Translations under genes and position numbers: made by a program
The notes under the pieces: generated by a model
Database searches by the model: none
The model's input: the letters and a program-made list of their open reading frames with translations, nothing else
Told to the model about the DNA's origin: nothing
Part shown: piece by piece, positions 57,863 through 64,000 of the stretch
Layout: every line of letters starts with the position of its first letter
Position numbering within the stretch: the first letter of the stretch is position 1
NCBI GenBank assembly: GCA_002345745.1
Contig: DDWQ01000003.1
Location: 6,028-70,027, forward strand
Direction: 5' to 3'
Length of the DNA stretch: 64,000 nucleotides
DNA from: Candidatus Moranbacteria bacterium UBA2282
GTDB taxonomy: Bacteria > Patescibacteriota > Minisyncoccia > Moranbacterales > UBA2206

Positions 57863-59389
57863 CTAATCTGCCTTAAAGCGATATTGAATAGCTTCGGCAA
57901 TGTGTGTTGGTTGTATTTCAGAAACCCCAGCCAAATCTGCAATAGTTCTGGCAACTTTAATAATACGATAATAAGCACGAGCACTCAAGTGCAATGAATT
58001 AACCGCACTTTTCATAAGAGCAGTGCAAGCGGGATTGATCTGACAAAATTTTTTCATTTCTTGTCCATTCATTTCGCTATTGGTGATAATTGCAGAGGCA
58101 TAAAAACGTTCGGCTTGGATAATGCGGGCTTTTTCTACACGCTCTCGGATTGATTGGGAGTTTTCAGCTAGAGAATCTTCGGCAAGTTTTTCAAATTTTA
58201 TACGTGGAACTTCCACATGCAAATCTATGCGATCTAAAATTGGTCCAGAAATCTTTCTTTGATAGCGTATAATTTGAGCTGGATTGCAGGAGCAAGCCTT
58301 TTCTGGATCAGTAGCGTTGCCACAAGGGCAAGGGTTCATCGCTGCCACAAGAGTGAAACGCGCAGGGAATTCTAGTGTGCCTTGCGCTCGGGACACTGTG
58401 ATAATGCCATCTTCGAGTGGTTGACGTAAATTTTCTAAAACTGCTCGAGAAAACTCAGGAAATTCATCGAGAAATAGCACGCCACGGTGCGACAAACTAA
58501 TTTCTCCCGGCTTCGGATAGGTTCCACCCCCTACAAGGGAAACAGCACTAGCACTGTGATGTGGAGAACGAAATTGGCGAGTTGTCATAAGGGCAGTTTC
58601 TTTGGGTAATTTTCCAGAAACAGAAAATATTTTAGTAATTTCAAGTGCTTCCGGAATAGTTAGGCGTGGCAAGATAGAAGGCATTGTTTTCGCTAGTAAA
58701 CTTTTGCCTGAACCAGGGGGTCCATTTAGAATGACATTGTGTCCACCAGCCGCTGCAATTTCCAAAGCACGCTTAGCATGTTCTTGTCCTTTAACAAAAG
58801 CCATTTCACAAGCATATTCTTCTTGCACAAACAAATCAGCTAGATTTATGGGAGGAAATAGAGCAATTTTTTGTTGACCAGTGAGGTGTGCGATAAGTGA
58901 AAGAAGATTAGCAACTGGATAAATATTTAAGCCTGCAATAACTGATGCTTCAGCAGCATTTTCTTGAGGAACAAAAATATCTTGAATACCCATCTTTGTA
59001 GCTAGAATTGCCATTGGTAAAACCCCTTTAACAGGTCTGACTGTTCCGTCTAGTGCCAGTTCACCTAAAAATATTTTATTTGTGTAATCAAATTTTATCT
59101 GCCGAGTAGTTAAAAGAAAACCTAGTGCAATCGGCAAATCATAAACAGGACCTTCTTTTTTAAGGTCAGCTGGGGCAAGATTGACCGTAATTCGTCCGCA
59201 TTGATGTGGTGGTTTGAATTTACTATTGCGAATAGCAGCCGCAACTCGATCCCGAGCTTCTTTGACGGCTGCATCAGGCAAACCAACAATATTAAATTGA
59301 TGCAGTCCCGCTGAGACGGCATCAACTTCAATTTCAATTAATTCACTTTTCAGTCCAATGGTAGCGGCGGATAATATTTTTGAAGACAA
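57863..59389 (-). CDS. comM: YifB/ComM-family Mg-chelatase-like AAA+ ATPase
   Basis: N-terminal Lon-like domain MSSKILSAATIGLKSELIEIEVD; Walker A LNGPPGSGKSLLA; 508 aa. Confidence 0.9.
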   Translation of the reverse strand: MSSKILSAATIGLKSELIEIEVDAVSAGLHQFNIVGLPDAAVKEARDRVAAAIRNSKFKPPHQCGRITVNLAPADLKKEGPVYDLPIALGFLLTTRQIKFDYTNKIFLGELALDGTVRPVKGVLPMAILATKMGIQDIFVPQENAAEASVIAGLNIYPVANLLSLIAHLTGQQKIALFPPINLADLFVQEEYACEMAFVKGQEHAKRALEIAAAGGHNVILNGPPGSGKSLLAKTMPSILPRLTIPEALEITKIFSVSGKLPKETALMTTRQFRSPHHSASAVSLVGGGTYPKPGEISLSHRGVLFLDEFPEFSRAVLENLRQPLEDGIITVSRAQGTLEFPARFTLVAAMNPCPCGNATDPEKACSCNPAQIIRYQRKISGPILDRIDLHVEVPRIKFEKLAEDSLAENSQSIRERVEKARIIQAERFYASAIITNSEMNGQEMKKFCQINPACTALMKSAVNSLHLSARAYYRIIKVARTIADLAGVSEIQPTHIAEAIQYRFKAD

Positions 59390-59407
59390 CGTGTTGGAAA
59401 TTAAAAA

Positions 59408-59905
59408 TTATAAAATTTGTTTATGTTTATAAATTGACACTACTGTTATTATAACACCAATTGAAATAAAAACATCAGCCAGATTAAATATTGGTCCAAT
59501 AGGTTGATTAATAAAGTCAATAACGCAACCAAATTGCAGTCGGTCGATGACATTTGAAAGTGCTCCAGAAAGAATTAATAAAATTCCAAAATCCAAATTC
59601 CAAGGTACAAACACCTTGCCTACCGGCAGGCAGGAATTCCAACTCTCAAAATCCAAAATCCAAAATCGCTTTGCGGCTTGAATATTTGAATTTGTAATTT
59701 GTTTGTTGTTTGTTTTTTGGTGCTTGTTTTTTAGGATAATATAAATAATTGTAGTGGTTATCATGAGCCACAAAGCCCAAAAAACAATTGGGTTTATGTG
59801 CAATCCAAAAGATATACCCTCATTGCAAATATAAAATCCGCCCTCGTGGCGGACTAAATATTTACTCAGTTGATCAATAAAAATAAGCAGTAATAGCAAA
59901 AACAT
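59408..59905 (-). CDS. lspA: Lipoprotein signal peptidase II
   Basis: NEGISFGL, SNVIDR and NLADVFISIGVI conserved LspA boxes. Confidence 0.8.
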   Translation of the reverse strand: MFLLLLLIFIDQLSKYLVRHEGGFYICNEGISFGLHINPIVFWALWLMITTTIIYIILKNKHQKTNNKQITNSNIQAAKRFWILDFESWNSCLPVGKVFVPWNLDFGILLILSGALSNVIDRLQFGCVIDFINQPIGPIFNLADVFISIGVIITVVSIYKHKQIL

Positions 59906-60262
59906 TTATTTGCAGGTTATACAGGTTTGTGCAGATGGATTAGCTTGTAATCTTTCAATAGCAATTTCTTTTTTGCAATTATCGCAAATGCCATAAGTTC
60001 CTTCTTCCATTTTAGCTAGTGCAACAATAATTGCTTGTAATTTTTTTTCTAGAGCAATTTCCACTGGTAAATTATCAGTGTATTCTTCGACTTCAGTGGT
60101 GTTGTCCTCTCGATCATTACCAACTTCAGTAAAAGTGGCTTCATAGTCACCAGTCTCTGCATCAACGGGTTTAGCAATTCTATTAAGACTGCTTTCTAGC
60201 TCAGTTTTTTCAACTAAAAGTGCTTGTTTAAGTTCAGCTAGTGTTTTTAAATCAATGACCAT
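59906..60262 (-). CDS. DksA/TraR-family C4 zinc-finger protein
   Basis: C-terminal CDNCKKEIAIERLQANPSAQTCITC; coiled-coil N-terminus; 118 aa. Confidence 0.75.
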   Translation of the reverse strand: MVIDLKTLAELKQALLVEKTELESSLNRIAKPVDAETGDYEATFTEVGNDREDNTTEVEEYTDNLPVEIALEKKLQAIIVALAKMEEGTYGICDNCKKEIAIERLQANPSAQTCITCK

Positions 60263-60333
60263 AATGTTAAAATTACGAATTATTTGTTCATTTATTAAGC
60301 TAATTTAATTATATCAATTTAGCTGCAAAATGT

Positions 60334-60717
60334 CTACAAGCTTTTAATATGCTTTATTTTGGCTATGCGGGTAGTATAATCTAGCCAAACAGAAACAGCA
60401 TCAAAGCGGTAGCTGGAATCAACTAAATGGTGTTTTCGCAAATAAAATGTTGCTATTTTGTTTAGTTTGCGGAGCTTTTGGTGAGTTATGTTTTCTTCGG
60501 GCAAAGTATCTTTGTATTTGCTATACTCGCGCGTCTTGACTTCAATAAAAACAATTTCATTTTGCACGCTGTCTTTGGCAACGATATCTATCTCACCCAG
60601 TCTGCGTCCCGAATTATTCTTAAAATTCATATCCAAAATTTCATAATTTTTGCTTCTGAGAAAATTAGCTACAACTTGCTCGCCTGTTTGCCCAGTTGTA
60701 ATGTTGTCATTTGCCAT
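60334..60717 (-). CDS. yraN: YraN-family (UPF0102) endonuclease
   Basis: VANFLRSKNYEILDMNFKNNSGRRLGEIDIVAKD...IVFIEVKTR is the YraN pattern. Confidence 0.8.
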   Translation of the reverse strand: MANDNITTGQTGEQVVANFLRSKNYEILDMNFKNNSGRRLGEIDIVAKDSVQNEIVFIEVKTREYSKYKDTLPEENITHQKLRKLNKIATFYLRKHHLVDSSYRFDAVSVWLDYTTRIAKIKHIKSL

Positions 60718-60758
60718 AAAAATTTGTCCTATACGTCTAATTAGTCCAAGTATAGCAT

Positions 60759-60788
60759 TTTAAAAACAAAAAAACACCATAACGGTGT
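60759..60788 (-). terminator. Minus-strand-oriented rho-independent terminator (acacc-ataac-ggtgt, then U-run on the minus strand)
   Basis: Hairpin at 60774-60788 with A14 immediately to its left on plus (= U-run on minus). Lies upstream of the yraN start, implying a separate minus-strand transcript ends here. Confidence 0.5.
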
Positions 60789-61583
60789 ATGTATGTGACA
60801 ATATGATATAGAAACCTAGGGTGTTGACTATGTGGCCCAATATAATAATATATGGCTATTTGACAACACCCTAAGGTGTTCGTCAATATGTACGCGTTAG
60901 CTTTTTTTGAACCTTTTGGTTCCGGGTGAGGAAACCATATTGCCACATAAAGAGCTGGCGTGTAATTGTTATTACTTTACATATTGTTTTTTTATATTCT
61001 TCTGTAGAATACTTTTTCTCTCTCAACCATTCTCTGGCGTATTGCCTTTTGGTTGCGGCCAGTAACTACCTAGAAGAGCATTTAACATAATTGCTACTCG
61101 AGGTAGTTACCAACCTTTGTAAAGAACATTTTTTACTTTTTATTTTTATTTTTAGTAAAATTTTTTTATTTTTATTTTTTAGGGTCCTTCGATCAGAATT
61201 CGAAGGCGGTTTTAATGCGTTGATTAAAACACTTGAACAGTAGAGAGGTTTCAATCGCAAATAGGGGGAAATTGCGATTGAAACTCCTCTACCGTAGCTA
61301 TTCCTAGACTAGGTGTATTTCGTATTTAATTGTTAAGCAACAAGTCTATTATATTTATTATAGCAAGAAATTTAGCTTCGGTCAATATTATGGCTTAGTA
61401 TTACAACAATAGTGCCTATTGATGCGATAAAAAATAGTTGTGTATAAATTTTATTAAAAAACAAGTTATTTACTAAAAATAGAAAGTAATTTTCTTTTTC
61501 ACAATTGGCTTAATTGCAGGTAAAAATACTTAGTATTCACCAGGTTATCCACAGATTGTTAGCGGTCAATGTGTAATGCTATA

Positions 61584-62621
61584 TTAATCTGGAAGTTGAG
61601 AAGCGGAGGATAAGAGAACTTTATCTATGATGGAATACATAGTGCGTTGTGTTGTCCCAATTAGTAATTGATCACCAATTAACGCATAATCTATGGATAA
61701 TTCTTCAGGAGAAATAATGTTCTGGTATCTAATTGTAGTTTCTTTGTACAGGGTGTCTGTGAAAGCAGATGTTAGAAATTCACGATCAGCATTGAACAAA
61801 AGTATGCCTTTCAGGTTATTAGATAGAAATGGTTCTTCGGACAAAAGAGCGTTTCGCAAAGCAAGATCGTTTGCTATAGCAATAGATAATCCAAAATGCA
61901 TAGTGCCAGCATCATTAAAAATAAATAAGCTAAAAGGACCTGCTAAATTAGAAAGCACATCTTCAGACAAAGTAATTCCTATTTTTTGTGAAAATGTTGT
62001 AAAAGTAATCGGATTATTTTGTAAATCTGTAATAATAAATTCAACTGGCACAGTTAAGGCAGAAACTCTTATTTTTTCTGCGTAATTATTGAGAAGTTCT
62101 TGCAGTTGAGTTTTGTTTAGGTTATCAATATCTAGGGATAGATAATTAGAGTTTTCAGTAGAAAACAATAGTTCTGATGATATTAGTTCTGGGGATGGAT
62201 CTGTAATTGCTACTTCTGATTGACGAGTGATATTAAAATAATAAACACCAGCGCCTGCAATTAGTATTATTGTAATGATGGCGATAAAAGTAGTTGCAAA
62301 AGAATTGGTTTTTTTGACAGGTTCTTCTTTTAAAATAAAAGATGCTTTTTGTACAGGTGGTAAAGTATTTAATAATTTTGGTGTTAGGAAAGGGCTATTT
62401 TTTTGTGCCTCGTTAAATGAAATAGTAGCCGTGGTATCAGTTAGTTTAATTGGTGGTTGTTTAGGAACGCTAGAGTGTTCTTGCTCTTTAAGATCCTTTG
62501 CCATTGTATGAATTATGGCAGTATTAATTTTTAAATCTTTTTCCCGATTGAAATTTTGTGGGTCTGTTGGGTCTTCAATATTAATAATATTTTGATTTTT
62601 GAACATTGTTTTGTTTTTCAT
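61584..62621 (-). CDS. Hypothetical single-pass membrane protein (cytoplasmic N-terminus, TM, large extracytoplasmic domain)
   Basis: TM FATTFIAIITIILIAGAGVYYF at ~aa 107-128; no recognised domain. Confidence 0.45.
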   Translation of the reverse strand: MKNKTMFKNQNIINIEDPTDPQNFNREKDLKINTAIIHTMAKDLKEQEHSSVPKQPPIKLTDTTATISFNEAQKNSPFLTPKLLNTLPPVQKASFILKEEPVKKTNSFATTFIAIITIILIAGAGVYYFNITRQSEVAITDPSPELISSELLFSTENSNYLSLDIDNLNKTQLQELLNNYAEKIRVSALTVPVEFIITDLQNNPITFTTFSQKIGITLSEDVLSNLAGPFSLFIFNDAGTMHFGLSIAIANDLALRNALLSEEPFLSNNLKGILLFNADREFLTSAFTDTLYKETTIRYQNIISPEELSIDYALIGDQLLIGTTQRTMYSIIDKVLLSSASQLPD

Positions 62622-62641
62622 CCGATCACTCGGAGTTAATT

Positions 62642-62675
62642 TTAAAAATAAAAATAAAGACAGATTTAACTGTCT
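62642..62675 (-). terminator. Rho-independent terminator for pnp (agacag-atttaa-ctgtct)
   Basis: 6-bp stem at 62658-62675, with an A-run on plus to its left (= U-run on minus). Confidence 0.55.
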
Positions 62676-62703
62676 CTATTTTACAACAAAATTTTATTTT
62701 TGG

Positions 62704-64000
62704 CTACTCGACTTTTTTCATTGCTGCTTTCATTGAAAGGTTGATGCGTCCTTGTGCGTCAATCTCTTTGACTTTGACTGGCACAATGTCTCCTACTGCC
62801 ACAACATCTTCCACTTTTTCAACGCGTGCATCGGCTAGTTCTGAAATATGAATCAGCCCTTCTTGTCCTGGTAAAATTTCTGCAAAGGCACCGAAGGTCA
62901 TAATTTTAATAATTTTAGCTTGGAAGATTTCTCCAGCTTTGACTTCGTGAGTGAGATTGTCAATCCATTCCTGTGCTTTTTTCGCAGCCAATGCATCAGG
63001 CGAAGTGATGAAAACTGAACCATCATCTTCAATGTCGATTTGTACACCTGTTTCGTCAATAATAGCGTTGATAATCTTGCCACCTGTTCCGATGACATTT
63101 CTGATTTTTTCTGGATTGATATGCATAATGATAATTCGTGGCGCATATTGACTCATTTCTACGCGTGGAGTTGGAATAGTTGCGACGATTTTTTCCATAA
63201 TCTCCAAGCGATTAATTTTCGATTGAGCAAGCACGGCTTCAAGCATTTCTAATGTCACCCCTTGCACTTTCACATCCATTTGCAATGCGGTAATCCCCTG
63301 CGTAGTTCCGGCGGCTTTGAAATCCATATCGCCATAATGATCTTCCATACCCTGGATATCAGTCAACACTTTGAACTTTCCGTCTGTTCCGACAATAATT
63401 CCCATCGCAATTCCAGAAACTGGGCGAATGATCGGCACACCAGCGTCCATCAAGGACAAAGTGGAACCGCAAGTGGAAGCCATTGAAGATGAGCCATTAG
63501 ATTCTAGCACTTCAGAAACTAGCAAAATAGTATACGGAAAAATTTCTTTAGCTGGCAACACTGGAATTAATGCTTTTTCAGCGAGTGCGCCATGACCAAC
63601 TTCTCTTCGCCCGGGACCTCGCATTGGACGCACTTCTCCCACTGAATATGGTGGAAAATTGTAATGATGGATATATCTTTTCTTCATATCCACTTCCATC
63701 GTATCAATAACTTGTTCATCTCCCGGTGAACCTAATGTTGTTACAGTCAAAGCTTGTGTTTCACCACGAGTGAAAAGTCCGGTGCCATGCGTTCGTGGCA
63801 AAATTCCAACTTGGCAATCGATTTGTCGCAATTGATCTAATTTTCGTCCATCTGGGCGTTGTTCTTTGTCGAGGATGTTTTGGTGCACGATTTCATCAGA
63901 GGTTTCTTCGAAAACTTGTTCCGCAATTTCTTTTAGTTTATCAACATTTTCCGTAAAGTTTTCTGAAATATAGGCGTTAACCTTTTCTTTGATAAGTTTA
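62704..64000 (-). CDS. pnp: Polynucleotide phosphorylase (PNPase), C-terminal ~430 aa (second RNase PH domain + KH + S1); gene continues past the window end
   Basis: RPDGR...GSPGDEQ..., KH GKVIGKGG-like ([11 protein letters not shown]), and the S1 domain ([20 protein letters not shown]). The reading frame stays open upstream of the tracked start to position 64000. Confidence 0.9.
   Translation of the reverse strand, partial: KLIKEKVNAYISENFTENVDKLKEIAEQVFEETSDEIVHQNILDKEQRPDGRKLDQLRQIDCQVGILPRTHGTGLFTRGETQALTVTTLGSPGDEQVIDTMEVDMKKRYIHHYNFPPYSVGEVRPMRGPGRREVGHGALAEKALIPVLPAKEIFPYTILLVSEVLESNGSSSMASTCGSTLSLMDAGVPIIRPVSGIAMGIIVGTDGKFKVLTDIQGMEDHYGDMDFKAAGTTQGITALQMDVKVQGVTLEMLEAVLAQSKINRLEIMEKIVATIPTPRVEMSQYAPRIIIMHINPEKIRNVIGTGGKIINAIIDETGVQIDIEDDGSVFITSPDALAAKKAQEWIDNLTHEVKAGEIFQAKIIKIMTFGAFAEILPGQEGLIHISELADARVEKVEDVVAVGDIVPVKVKEIDAQGRINLSMKAAMKKVE

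Noticed and set aside
59560-59680. Short aaatccaaaatccaaaatc tandem motif and ctaccggcaggcagg palindrome
   Set aside because: Lies inside the lspA coding sequence (encodes FWILDFESW...WNLDFGILL) and the protein length is normal; not an insertion or array.
61066-61260. 64-aa minus ORF in the hairpin-rich noncoding region
   Set aside because: Lys-rich low-complexity product spanning hairpin sequences; more likely non-coding.
61190-61300. gtttcaatcgcaa...ttgcgattgaaac resembling a CRISPR repeat
   Set aside because: Single inverted copy forming one hairpin; no repeat-spacer periodicity, so not a CRISPR array.
1-64000. tRNA, rRNA and tmRNA genes
   Set aside because: Eye-scan of intergenic regions for GGTTCGAAT/GGTTCAAAT T-arm motifs, rRNA hallmarks and the tmRNA tag region found nothing convincing; absence is not proven without tRNAscan/Infernal.

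Overview
Low-GC (~33%) chromosome segment with small, tightly packed genes. The gene content (lamin-tail-domain surface proteins, a Gram-positive-type T4SS, a reduced housekeeping set) is consistent with a CPR/Patescibacteria-like (possibly Saccharibacteria-like) bacterium; this is inference, not a database result. The window spans the chromosomal replication-origin locus: trxB-trxA-dnaN-dnaA on the minus strand face rpmH-rnpA-yidC-jag on the plus strand, with DnaA boxes between dnaN and dnaA. Housekeeping genes: cyclophilin PPIase, tsaE, ruvB, yebC, ruvC, class A PBP, thioredoxin system, rsmA, lspA, comM/yifB, yraN, DksA/TraR-family protein, and a PNPase fragment at the right edge. Accessory and unusual content, in window order: (1) a 1010-aa tandem-duplicated GspE/PilB-type pilus ATPase with two complete ATPase modules in one polypeptide; (2) an AbiEi/AbiEii type IV toxin-antitoxin (abortive-infection) pair; (3) a wHTH plus Cas2/PaaX-like gene flanked by two copies of a ~38-bp palindrome that carry a compensatory substitution; (4) a membrane protein plus two ATP-grasp ligases, one fused to a retropepsin-like (RimB/Zn_protease-type) domain, resembling a predicted peptide-ligase modification system; (5) a two-Cys CsoR/RcnR-family repressor with an RcnR-type TACT-N7-AGTA operator directly upstream of trxA-trxB; (6) a surface-glycan cluster (flippase, two GT2 enzymes, two O-antigen-ligase-like proteins); (7) a ~15.5-kb, 15-gene minus-strand operon encoding a Gram-positive-type T4SS-like apparatus: VirB4 ATPase apparently split into two translationally coupled ORFs, a VirB3/PrgI-like small membrane protein, a VirB6-like polytopic protein, a TrbC/VirB2-like pilin-topology protein with a Cys-rich C-terminal domain, and several large secreted or anchored proteins. 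No VirD4 or relaxase is present. (8) Non-coding candidates: a GC-rich ~200-nt extended-hairpin RNA (6S/SRP-like?) next to a bidirectional terminator, and an 866-bp ORF-free region packed with stable hairpins. No rRNA, no convincing tRNA and no CRISPR array were seen by eye. tRNA, rRNA and covariance-model scans were not possible here and should be run.
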